From: an uncultured delta proteobacterium | Lineage (GTDB): Bacteria; Myxococcota; B64-G9 | Length of the DNA: 64,000 bases | NCBI GenBank assembly: GCA_963754925.1 | Contig: CAVWHX010000003.1 | Span: 672,001 to 736,000, forward strand | Direction: 5' to 3' | Shown here: positions 38,649 through 48,038 of the stretch, piece after piece | Numbering within the stretch: position 1 is the stretch's first letter | How the letters are laid out: each line of letters begins with the position of its first letter | Made by a program: the position numbers and the translations under genes | Notes under the pieces: model-generated | The model's database searches: none | The model's input: the letters and a program-made list of their open reading frames with translations, nothing else | Told to the model about the DNA's origin: nothing

Positions 38649-41170
38649 TTAAAGTTTAACTTTCTTATAAAAAACTGTTTTGGTAATTTCTGCCCCGATT
38701 ATGTAAGCCGCCACGATCAGCAATAAAAGTAAATACGTTGAAAAGCTCAGCGGGCTGAATCCAAAAATATTTCCAATCGGGGTACATGGTACAATCAACG
38801 TTATAACAACAATTGACAGCGTTGCCATTAACAGATATTTTCCGGGCCTGCTCCTGAAAAAAGGCCTCCGGCTTCGAATTACCAGCACAATTAATGATGC
38901 TGAGACAACCGACTCCAAGAACCAACCGGTCCGGAACTGACCTTCCGTGGCATGGAGGAGGAGTAATAGCAGGCCAAAGGTCAGGTAGTCAAACACAGAA
39001 CTTACCAGACCGAAGGTAATCATAAACTTGCGGATGGCCTTGATGTCCCAGCGCCGGGGATAGTCAACCATTTCGTTATCTACCCGGTCGGTAGCGATGG
39101 TCATTTCGGGGAAATCGGTCATCAAATTGGTGAGTAAAACCTGTTTGGGCAGCAAGGGAAGAAATGGAATAAAGAGGGAAACCCCTGCCATGCTGAACAT
39201 ATTCCCAAAATTAGCGCTGGTGGCCATAAACACGTACTTTAGGGTATTGGCAAAGGTCGTTCGTCCTTCGCGTACACCCTCCACCAAAACGCCTAGATCC
39301 TTTTCGAGCAATACGATATCAGCAGCATTTTTGGCAACATCGGCGGCAGTATCGACTGAAATTCCAACGTCGGCAGTATGGAGCGCGGAGGCATCATTGA
39401 TACCATCGCCCATATATCCCACAACGTTTCCAGCCTTTCGGATAGCGATAATAATCCGCTCTTTCTGATTGGGCTCAATTTCGGCAAAAATATCCACCTC
39501 GTTCACACGACTAAGCAGCGCGCTATCACTCATCTTACGGAGGTCCGGGCCGGTTATAATGGCTGTATCGGATAGCCCCATCTTGTGGCTGAGGTTGGCT
39601 GCGACCAGGCGGTTATCGCCGGTAATGATTTTGAGTGAAACACCAAGTTTTTTCAAGCTGGCAATGGTTTCTGCGATATTTGGCTTTGGCGGGTCAAAAA
39701 GGGTCAGGAACCCTAAAAACGTCATTCCGGTCTCATCGCTTTTGTTGATGAGCGCTTCCGATGGCATATTTTTATAAGCAATGCCCAAGGTGCGAAGGCC
39801 TTGATTGCTAAACTCCGCGAAGTATTTTTGTATTTCATCTTGCACTGATGCGATTTCAATAGTAGTTCCATCCTTAGCTTCTGCGAACGAACAGACATCG
39901 AGTATATTAGCCAGTGCGCCTTTGGTTATCATCACATGGGCATCGCCGTGGGTGACCGCGATACTCAAACGTTTTCTAAGAAAATCATAGGGGATCTCAT
40001 CCTTTTTCCGGTATTCCGACAGGTCAATCGTGCGATAGGTACGGATGGCTTCATCGATGGGGTTCGTAAAGCCGGTTTCGTAACAAGCATTGAGATAGGC
40101 GAAAAGAAAGACTTTATCGCTTGAAGCCCCATTCACATCAAGCGCGGATTGTACCTGCACGATTCCTTCGGTGAGTGTGCCGGTTTTATCGGAGCATAGT
40201 ATATTCATGCTGCCGAAGTTTTCGATTGATGCAAGCCGCTTAACAATCACTTTCTTTTGAGCCATTTTTTTGGCTCCATGCGCAAGATTGATGCTGATGA
40301 TGGCGGGCAATAATTGTGGAGTCAACCCAACCGCAAGCGCCATGGAAAAAAGAAAAGAGTCCAGGACGGGCCGGTGCAAGTAAACATTGACGGCAAAGAT
40401 GATGACGACCAGAATAAGGGTGACTTCCCCAAGAAAATAACCGAATCTTCGAATGCCACGTTCAAAATCTGTTTCCGGCGCTTTGAGTTTAAGCCGTTCC
40501 GACACCTTGCCAAACTGGGTTTCTTTGCCGGTACCGATTACTAACGCCTTTGCATTGCCGCTTACGATATTGGTTCCCATCCATACGGCGTTTGTTCGTT
40601 GCGCGAGGGCGGTATCGGCAGGTAGCACCGAAATAGCTTTTTCAACCGGGAACGTTTCTCCCGTCAGCATGGCTTCATCTACAAAAACATCTTTCGATTC
40701 AAGAAGCAGGCAGTCTCCGGGAACAATATCCCCGGCGTTCAGGATAACGATATCACCCGGCACGATCTCTTCGACGGGAATTTCTTGTTGATTTCCATCG
40801 CGGAGGACCGCTGCTTTAATTTGTACCATGGCAAGCAATTTCTGAACGGCATTGGATGCGCCGTGCTCCTGCCAAAAACCAAGGAGTCCGCTTATAACGA
40901 CGATAGTAAGAATTATTGAAGCATCAACCGGATCATGCAAAAACAATGACACTCCTGTTGCAAATAAAAGAATGAGAATAATCGGGCTCTTAAATTCCGC
41001 GACCAGGAGCGTCAGTGCATCGGAGCGTTTTTGGGTTTCAGGCGACTTGCGCTATAGCGTGTGAGCCGCTCTTTAGCTTCATCGGCTGTAAGACCGTTGG
41101 CCGTTGCCTGAAGCCTGGTAAGTATTTCTGTAACGGATAGACTCCAAAAGGATTGAGTGGTTTGGTTCAT
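38649..41170 (-). CDS. mgtA: Mg2+-translocating P-type ATPase, -1 frameshift near 41030 (about 840 aa)
   Basis: LTGE, AVGLTPQLLP, DKTGTLT, GDGIND, TSANFGN, FRTGWFLE. The N-terminus MNQTTQSFW..GLT.DEA..RL..Y from ATG 41170 joins if one A is added to CCCAAAAAC. Confidence 0.9.
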
Positions 41171-41522
41171 AGGTTATAACTTTCTAAATATTAAACAATA
41201 TGTCGATTCCTTGTATTACCATATTTGCGCCCCGTGCTCCTAACATTACTACTAAAATTAGTAAGGGTGACACTGGTTAGGCCCGCGCGACGAGTTCCCA
41301 AAAAAAGTGTCGGTTCGGATCGCCGTAAAATTCATTTGCGGTAACGGACGCGAGCCGAACACGTTCTCGGTCCGGTTGGTGGCTCGCAAAGAATAGGTGG
41401 TTGACGACTGCGTTCATTGAGTTACGCATCGGCAATGGTTCCGGAACGTGTTCGAAGCCCGCAACCGATTTAAGCCTTTCGGTGAAAGCATCGACAACCT
41501 CTCTGTTGCCCCTCTTGATATT

Positions 41523-42497
41523 TTAAGACCGACTACTGTGGGAATCCCTCTTTTCGGAAAATCGGATGCAGGCGCGGACGAAGTTGAGCCGCGAAAACTG
41601 CCCACCGGTAACGGCCGCCATGAGGAGATCCTTACCCCGGCCTTTCGGAAATACCCGCCGAACAATCTCCCGGTCGGAAAGCCCGTTACGATGAAGCCGC
41701 ACCACCTCCAAAGCTGCCTGTTCGATCGTATCGGCCTTTTCACGTAAGAACGGCACCGGATTGTCAAGGACCAGACCGTGTCCGGTGAGCATGCGCGCCG
41801 GCGAAAGATCGGCCACCCGCCGCAGTGAGACTATGGATTCAAAGGGGTTCTCGTGCGACATAACCGCGCTGACTCCTTTGTTCATGACCAGGTCGCCGAC
41901 AAAAATGCTGCCGCTCTGTTCGTCAAAAAACGCCGTGTGTGTAGAAGAGTGCCCGGGTATGGGCACCGTCCGCAACAGGCGATCGTTTGTTTCGATACGC
42001 TTCGGCATTTCGAGCGGCTCATAGCGGTCAGGCACACCCCACCAAAAAAGGCGGTACGGCTTGAAGCGGACGACACCCTCGTCGAAACGGCGATCGATGT
42101 TGCGCAGGTATATCGGGCAGCCGGATAGCTTAGCCAACGTTCCGCAGATGCCGCTGTGGTCCTCATGATGATGGGTGAGACAGATGGCCCGAAGCTTGAC
42201 CGGAGCGAGCACCCGCAGGAGCGGCTCACGAGCATGAACGAAACCGGCGTCAATGAGCACGCCGCCTACCAAATACAAAGACACCTGCATGTCAACGATG
42301 CGAGATGCTCGACTGGAAAGGCTGATCTGGGTGATTCCTGGAGAAACCTCGTTGATACTGCAGAAGAACCCCCCCAGAATCCGTCCCCAGGGCTGCAGCA
42401 GATGTCTGGAAAGACCGTGTGCTGTGGCACTTCGCGCTGTGGCGCTGTGCGCTGTGTCGCCGTGCGCTGTGGCGTCGATCATCTCATCCCTTTTCAT
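41523..42497 (-). CDS. Metallo-beta-lactamase fold hydrolase
   Basis: LIDAG, THHHEDH, PGHS, GDL, GHG. Confidence 0.88.
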   Translation of the reverse strand: MKRDEMIDATAHGDTAHSATARSATAHGLSRHLLQPWGRILGGFFCSINEVSPGITQISLSSRASRIVDMQVSLYLVGGVLIDAGFVHAREPLLRVLAPVKLRAICLTHHHEDHSGICGTLAKLSGCPIYLRNIDRRFDEGVVRFKPYRLFWWGVPDRYEPLEMPKRIETNDRLLRTVPIPGHSSTHTAFFDEQSGSIFVGDLVMNKGVSAVMSHENPFESIVSLRRVADLSPARMLTGHGLVLDNPVPFLREKADTIEQAALEVVRLHRNGLSDREIVRRVFPKGRGKDLLMAAVTGGQFSRLNFVRACIRFSEKRDSHSSRS

Positions 42498-43999
42498 GTG
42501 CTCTTGCGCAGAGCTGAGGGTTTCGGTTTCGTTTTCGGCTTCGTCTTCGGTTTCGGTTTCGGCTTCGGCTTCGTTTCTGGCTTCTTCTCCGAATTCTTGT
42601 CCGCCCTCACTTCGGGGGGTGGTTTCTTACATTTCATCCTCACTTGCGTTTCTTGCTTGGAGGCAATCAGCGCCTGGTAGCTATTTTTGATATCACTCGA
42701 TAGACAACTCAGTTCGACCTCGTGTTTCCCCACCGAAAGCGATAGACGCAGCGGTGTTGTTCCAATGAGCTGGCCGTCGATGGAGACATTGGCCAACGCA
42801 TCCGTGGTCACCGAAATCAACCCATTCGGCTGCGGCCACAGCAGTACTATTGCGGCGATTAACATGATCAGCAGCAACGGAAACACAACCCATGGCCACC
42901 GCCGGGGCCGCCGGATTTCCGGTGAGCTCGGCATCGGGGTTATCGGTTGATCCGATGTGCCCACGGAACCGCGCGCGTCATCAACCGGTTCAATCAGATC
43001 CAGTAGCTCATCGTTTTCTGGCTCGGTAGCGGCTCCTTCGGCCGTATCCTCCGGGGCTCCCGCTTCGCCTGGTGAAACCCTGCTTTGCTGCTGCTGTATT
43101 TTTTCGGCCACGCGCTCGGCCAACTGCCGAGCTACCATCGACGAGCCGAGGTCCTCGAAAAACGGCTCCAAGCCTTCCGCCAATTCTTCCGCCGACACCA
43201 CGCGCAGGACTGGGCTCTTAGCGAGCGCCCTCGATACCAACGCGTCGAGCGCATCCGGCACCTCCGGAACAAATTTGCTGGGAGGCGGAGGATCGAGCCG
43301 TATCACGCGCTCCCAAATATCGCGCGGCTGCACGGCGGCAAAAGGACTGACACCGGTCAGCATTTGGTACAGCACCACGCCCAATGAAAACAAGTCGGCT
43401 TGGCTGCCGAATGAAAGCCCCTTGACATATTCCGGGGCCATGTACTCATAGGTGCCCTTGATGATGCCCGGCAACGTTTGGCTCACCGCCTGTAGCACCT
43501 TGGCGATGCCAAAGTCGGCGATCTTAACCGCCCCCTGACTGCCTATAAGGATATTGCCCGGACTGACGTCGCGGTGGATGATCGGCCCGTCGGCGCCGCC
43601 CCGGTGCGCATACGCAAGACCCAAAGCGACCTCGTGCGCGATGAAGGTGGCTTGCGGAATAGTGAGCATGGTGGAAGCCGAGGCATTGGGCGAAAGGAGC
43701 TCGTCGAGATTGACGCCAACGAGGTACTCCATGATGATGTAATAATACGCCTGGTAGTTGACCAGACCATAGGTGCGAACGATATTCGGGTGCTGCATTC
43801 CGGCCGCGATGCTGGCCTCATTGACAAACATCTCAACATACTGGTGGTCGGCCGCGAGCTTGGCAAACAGGCGTTTTATCGCCACGGTCCGCGCGCCGCC
43901 GCTCGGCAAGCGTTCGGTCGCTCGGAAGATCTCCGCCATACCCCCCTGGCCGACCTGTTCGACCAACTCAAAGCGGCCGATCCGCTGACCAGTCTTCAT
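42494..43999 (-). CDS. Membrane Ser/Thr protein kinase with PEGA-like domain and KP-repeat tail
   Basis: GQGGMAEIF, VAIKR, HRDVSPGNIL, DFGIAK, YMAPE; TM; IDGQLIGTTP; KPKPKTKP tail. Confidence 0.92.
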   Translation of the reverse strand: MKTGQRIGRFELVEQVGQGGMAEIFRATERLPSGGARTVAIKRLFAKLAADHQYVEMFVNEASIAAGMQHPNIVRTYGLVNYQAYYYIIMEYLVGVNLDELLSPNASASTMLTIPQATFIAHEVALGLAYAHRGGADGPIIHRDVSPGNILIGSQGAVKIADFGIAKVLQAVSQTLPGIIKGTYEYMAPEYVKGLSFGSQADLFSLGVVLYQMLTGVSPFAAVQPRDIWERVIRLDPPPPSKFVPEVPDALDALVSRALAKSPVLRVVSAEELAEGLEPFFEDLGSSMVARQLAERVAEKIQQQQSRVSPGEAGAPEDTAEGAATEPENDELLDLIEPVDDARGSVGTSDQPITPMPSSPEIRRPRRWPWVVFPLLLIMLIAAIVLLWPQPNGLISVTTDALANVSIDGQLIGTTPLRLSLSVGKHEVELSCLSSDIKNSYQALIASKQETQVRMKCKKPPPEVRADKNSEKKPETKPKPKPKPKTKPKTKPKPSALRKST

Positions 44000-44028
44000 G
44001 GGTCTTCTTCTCCGGGTTCGGCACCGTC

Positions 44029-45297
44029 TTATGAGGGGGTAACAATCAAGTTCCCAGGGTCGTTTGAATGCGGTGTTTCGGCATTCTTTTGATTGGCGAA
44101 ACTTTTGACGATTTCCGCCGGGTCATGAAAAATCTTTTTCGTCATGCGGACAAAAAACGGGCTATCCTTCGGCTGAAAGCCCTCCGTCGTCAGGTGCCAG
44201 GCCACGGCGGCACTATGTCGAGCCTGTTCAATGCGGCCTTTGCGCTGGAAGCACACGGCCATATCTAACAAACGTCGCTGATAGACCATGCGCTCGTTTT
44301 TGCCCTCGAGCACAACCGCCGGGGCGTTTTCGATCACCCGCCCTACCTGCTCAATTTTTTGTTGTTCGTTGATCGCCACCTGGCTCATGGCCGCTTCAGA
44401 AAGCTGCGCTTGTAACTTTTGCAGTACCGCCTCCTCGGGAAACCAGTTGCTAAACTCAGGCAGATCAATTAACTCCGCACCGGCTTGGACGAGAGCATCC
44501 TGACCGACCGAGGCTTCGGGCGGAAACAGCTCGAGCGGGTCCGGCGGAGCATCCGTTGCCGAGGAAACCCCTAACGTGGCGCTCGCTTCCAGGTAGCTAT
44601 CAGGCAGGGAACGATTGCGCCCCCGGGCAACCTCCACGGCTCGCGCGAGATGAAACCGGCCCTCGCCGTAAGAAATTTCGAGCATCAAGCCACCGCCACG
44701 TTCATCGAGTAAATCCCGAATAAGCTCGCGATACCGATGGCGCCCGAGCTTGCCGCCATTGAATTGCATGAGCCCATTCGTATCGTTCAATTCGGCGTGG
44801 AATACCTCCACCCCGCCGTGGGCATAGCGAGTCAGAAGGAGCGTTCGATTGCCGGCGCCATCGGGCGGGCTGAAATAGCAGGGAAGCTCCGGCTCTTCGA
44901 ACACCTTTCGTTCAAGGATCGACGGCCCCGACTCCTTGGGGATGTCGATCGACAGGCCGCGGCTGCGCAACTTGTGCAGTATTCGACGCGCCTCTTTCTT
45001 GGCCTCTTTATCATTGCTCATGGCGAGCAGATCAACGACAAGATCGGTCTGCCCGTCGCGTTCGGCAAGCTTCATCAAGGCAATTTGGAAGGCGGGCGGC
45101 AGCTTGCTTGCCTCACGCGGATCGGAACCTTTCTTAACAAGTTCGACGGCGCGCGCCAACAGGGTGGTTAGTTCCTCAGCTGGCAGGCCCAGCTGTTTGC
45201 ACAATTCAGCGGAGGCATCCGTATTCCCCGATGCAATTTGTTCTGCCAGATTGTCGGTGACTGTGTTCCCGGGAGTCGCGGTCGATGGATTACTCAT
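44029..45297 (-). CDS. Hypothetical protein (422 aa)
   Basis: Long ORF with SD AGGAGG, co-oriented with the kinase; KEARRILHKLRSRG and DGAGNR motifs; no function assignable. Confidence 0.75.
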   Translation of the reverse strand: MSNPSTATPGNTVTDNLAEQIASGNTDASAELCKQLGLPAEELTTLLARAVELVKKGSDPREASKLPPAFQIALMKLAERDGQTDLVVDLLAMSNDKEAKKEARRILHKLRSRGLSIDIPKESGPSILERKVFEEPELPCYFSPPDGAGNRTLLLTRYAHGGVEVFHAELNDTNGLMQFNGGKLGRHRYRELIRDLLDERGGGLMLEISYGEGRFHLARAVEVARGRNRSLPDSYLEASATLGVSSATDAPPDPLELFPPEASVGQDALVQAGAELIDLPEFSNWFPEEAVLQKLQAQLSEAAMSQVAINEQQKIEQVGRVIENAPAVVLEGKNERMVYQRRLLDMAVCFQRKGRIEQARHSAAVAWHLTTEGFQPKDSPFFVRMTKKIFHDPAEIVKSFANQKNAETPHSNDPGNLIVTPS

Positions 45298-45391
45298 GCC
45301 GGCTATCCTCCTTCGTTCAAGAATTACTTATCCCAAATACCAATGCACCGGCAAGTGGCTTTTCGCGCCAGTGCAAAATGAGTCCCTTTTC

Positions 45392-45420
45392 TTGACTGCG
45401 ATGGTTGTTTCTCATAAAAT
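45392..45420 (+). promoter_or_regulatory. sigma70 promoter
   Basis: TTGACT-N17-TAAAAT upstream of the PfkB gene. Confidence 0.55.
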
Positions 45421-45567
45421 TTTGGGGCTTTGTCTCATTGTGCTTAGTCAGAAATTTATATAGTGTCCCGGAGGTACCACGTTACCAAGAGGATTTCTGC
45501 GCGGGCTCATTGTTGCTTGCCGTAGTTGGGAGCAGGAGTGCCGCGATTGTTAACCGGTTAAGCAGGT

Positions 45568-46491
45568 ATGGGCGGGGAACAGGTTGGGAGCTCAGACATG
45601 CCGTTCGATGTGGTGGGATTAGGTCACTGCACGGTCGACTATATCGGAGTCTTGGACCACTTTCCCGAGAGCGATAAGAGAACCGAAATTATCGAGCTCA
45701 GCATGCAAGGCGGTGGACCCGTTTCCACTGCTTTGGTGACCTTGGCCGGCTTTGGGGTCGAAACCAGCTACATTGGTAAAATCTCTGACGACGACTTTGG
45801 GAACTTTATCCGCCAGGGACTGCGCGAGGCGGGAGTGGACACGCGCGGTCTGGTGATCGAGCCCGGCAAAGTATCGCCGTTTTCCTTTATTGCGGTCGAC
45901 CGAAAGACGGGAAAACGGGGGATCTTCTGGACGCGCGGCGATGTTTCACTGATAACACCCCAAGAAGTCCAGTTGCATTTGATCGATGGGGCCAAAATTC
46001 TCCATGTGGACGGCCTGACCATCGACGCCCAGATCGCCGCGGCGGGCTACGCCCGCGATCACGGGGTTACCGTGGTCTATGACGCCGGTAGTCCGCGGCC
46101 GCGTATGGAAGAGCTTATGAAATTAACCAACGTACTGGTGGCGTCGGAACGCTTCGCGGCCGAGGTCGGTCGCGGGGCGTTAGCCGAGAGCTTGAGGCTG
46201 CTCCAGATGAAGGGACCGCGAACGGTCGTGGTCACCATCGGCGAAGAGGGCTCGGTGGGCATGGAAAACGGCGAGACCTACATCGTCCCGGCCCTGTCAG
46301 TCAAGGTGGTTGACACCACCGGCGCCGGCGATGTGTACCACGGAGCCTTTATCTACGGCATGCTGCAAGGCTTTCCGCTGCGAGAGCGCATGCGCTTTGC
46401 CAATGCCGCGGCGGGCCTCAAATGTCGCTCATTAGGGGGACGGGCAGGAATTCCTTCCTTGTCTGAAGTCCACGAAGCCCTGCAGTGGTGA
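45568..46491 (+). CDS. PfkB/ribokinase family carbohydrate kinase
   Basis: GGGP, DDFG, VTIGEEG, VDTTGAGDVYHG, ANAAA. Confidence 0.92.
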   Translation: MGGEQVGSSDMPFDVVGLGHCTVDYIGVLDHFPESDKRTEIIELSMQGGGPVSTALVTLAGFGVETSYIGKISDDDFGNFIRQGLREAGVDTRGLVIEPGKVSPFSFIAVDRKTGKRGIFWTRGDVSLITPQEVQLHLIDGAKILHVDGLTIDAQIAAAGYARDHGVTVVYDAGSPRPRMEELMKLTNVLVASERFAAEVGRGALAESLRLLQMKGPRTVVVTIGEEGSVGMENGETYIVPALSVKVVDTTGAGDVYHGAFIYGMLQGFPLRERMRFANAAAGLKCRSLGGRAGIPSLSEVHEALQW

Positions 46492-46523
46492 TCGCGGTGT
46501 CGTTCGACGAATACCCATAAGCC

Positions 46524-47618
46524 TCAAACTGAGACACTACCTATTCTATATGCGGCGTCAACAGGTAGATGTGACACCACCTGAGGAAAGTAAGTCGTCG
46601 TCCTGAACCAGGCCTCAAGGTCAACGGGTAGGAGCAAGAGGATGCTTGGGTCAAGGCCTTCATCCTCCAAGAGTTGTGCGGGTGTTTTAGCGCTCTTGGA
46701 GTAGTTGGGTCTGGCGAAGTTCCACCAGTGTTGGTAGATAGAGACCTTCTGGAAGAAGTCCTGTCTGGATGTAAATGGTTCGAGATCAAAGAACTCCTGT
46801 TCAATGGATGCATGGGAACTCTCGACATCGGCGTGGGCGTTTGGGGTGGCAGGGGGCAGGAAGCGGTGGATGATCCCGGCCTGCTGGATTTTGGCATGGA
46901 AGCCTCGTTCCCGCTCGTTCTTGTCATGGCCACCATATTCGACGCCGTTGTCGGTGGACAAGATAGCACGGCGGAGGTTGACGAGATGCTTTTTCAGGTG
47001 GGTCAGCAAGCGCCGGGAGGTCATGGTGGCGTAGGTGGTGGAGAGCTCGTCGGCGTAAGAGATAAAGAGAGCACCGCTTTTGACATCACGGTGGGTGTAC
47101 TGGTGTTTGGGGAGGCCGAGTTTCTTCATCTGCGGCCAGTAGGCGGGGATATCGAAGAGGGGTTTCATATCGGCCTGGAGGCGTTGGAAGCATCTGTATT
47201 TAGCTTTGATAGCCCGCAGGTCGTTTTTGCGCTGACGCTTTTTGCGACGGCGGCCCGATAAGCCTTGCTGGCGCAGGATGCGAGCGATGGCGCCAGAGGA
47301 AGCAGTGATTCCAAACAGGTCGCGCAGGCGGCGCGGTCCGAAGCAGGGAACCTTCTTGCGTGCGTTGAGGATCTTCGCTTCTTGGTACCGGGAAGTCTTG
47401 TGGGGGCAGGTCTTGGGTCTCCGGGAGCGGTCCTGGAGTGAGGTACGACCGCCGGCGTCAAAGCGGGCACGCCATCGCCGTACGGTGTTGGGGGTGGTAG
47501 CAAAGGCACGCGCAGCGGGGCGTATGCCGTGGGTCGTGGCGTACTGCACCAACTGAAGGCGAAGCGAATATTTATGGTCTTTCGTGGTGGTCATGGCGTA
47601 ATAACTAAATGGGGTCAG
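46524..47618 (-). CDS. IS481-family DDE transposase
   Basis: HTH (TVRRWRARF, L.DRSRRP..CP), Q.D.K, TDNGVEY, N..VESSH, N..RPN; probable CTG start at 47618 after AAGGAGG, or ATG 47594. Confidence 0.88.
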   Translation of the reverse strand: MTPFSYYAMTTTKDHKYSLRLQLVQYATTHGIRPAARAFATTPNTVRRWRARFDAGGRTSLQDRSRRPKTCPHKTSRYQEAKILNARKKVPCFGPRRLRDLFGITASSGAIARILRQQGLSGRRRKKRQRKNDLRAIKAKYRCFQRLQADMKPLFDIPAYWPQMKKLGLPKHQYTHRDVKSGALFISYADELSTTYATMTSRRLLTHLKKHLVNLRRAILSTDNGVEYGGHDKNERERGFHAKIQQAGIIHRFLPPATPNAHADVESSHASIEQEFFDLEPFTSRQDFFQKVSIYQHWWNFARPNYSKSAKTPAQLLEDEGLDPSILLLLPVDLEAWFRTTTYFPQVVSHLPVDAAYRIGSVSV

Positions 47619-47821
47619 GGCCGTACCTCCTTGTGATGAAAGTCTTCGCAAACCTTCATTCAAGAGGATTTTGGTCCTGACCTCATCTCCTTTTTTGTTG
47701 CCGCGGCTTCCTTGGGGGGCTAGCCCCCCAAGGAAGCTTTCCCTTCAACATTGCCAATCCCTTGCTCCCCATGCTCCTGAGAGCAGAAAGAGGTGGTGTC
47801 AGATCTACCTGGGCTTGCCCA
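46551..47821 (-). mobile_element. IS481-family insertion sequence with 13-bp flanking direct repeat
   Basis: TG...CA ends; imperfect IRs sharing CAGGTAGAT(G/C)TGACACCACCT; TACCTATTCTATA at 46538-46550 and 47822-47834. Confidence 0.88.
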
Positions 47822-47896
47822 TACCTATTCTATATGTTTGTTGACAAGTCCGGTCGGCTCATGATACCTAAACAAATTAAGAAAGGTGTGGGTTGT

Positions 47897-47959
47897 ATGT
47901 GGTATTGTACCGGCACGCTGCATCATCATTCGAGTCTGATCCCCTGTTTCAGGGTTTAG
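47897..47959 (+). CDS. Putative his operon leader peptide MWYCTGTLHHHSSLIPCFRV
   Basis: Three tandem CAT codons, SD-like AAGGTG, directly upstream of a terminator and hisD. Confidence 0.65.
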   Translation: MWYCTGTLHHHSSLIPCFRV

Positions 47960-47985
47960 CGGCTTAGTAATTTTTTGTTTTATAC

Positions 47986-48020
47986 AAAGCCCTTCGTAAA
48001 CCCGGAGGGCTTTTTGCTTT
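47986..48020 (+). terminator. Attenuator terminator upstream of hisD
   Basis: AAAGCCCTTCG-TAAACC-CGGAGGGCTTT followed by a T-rich tail; the alternative pairing GGGTTTA/TAAACCC forms an antiterminator. Confidence 0.72.
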
Positions 48021-48038
48021 ATACGAGGACGGTTACCC

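Noticed and set aside
42415..42590. Short tandem repeats at the kinase/MBL junction
   Set aside because: Explained by low-complexity coding (KP tail and ATAHx repeats); no sign of a separate element.
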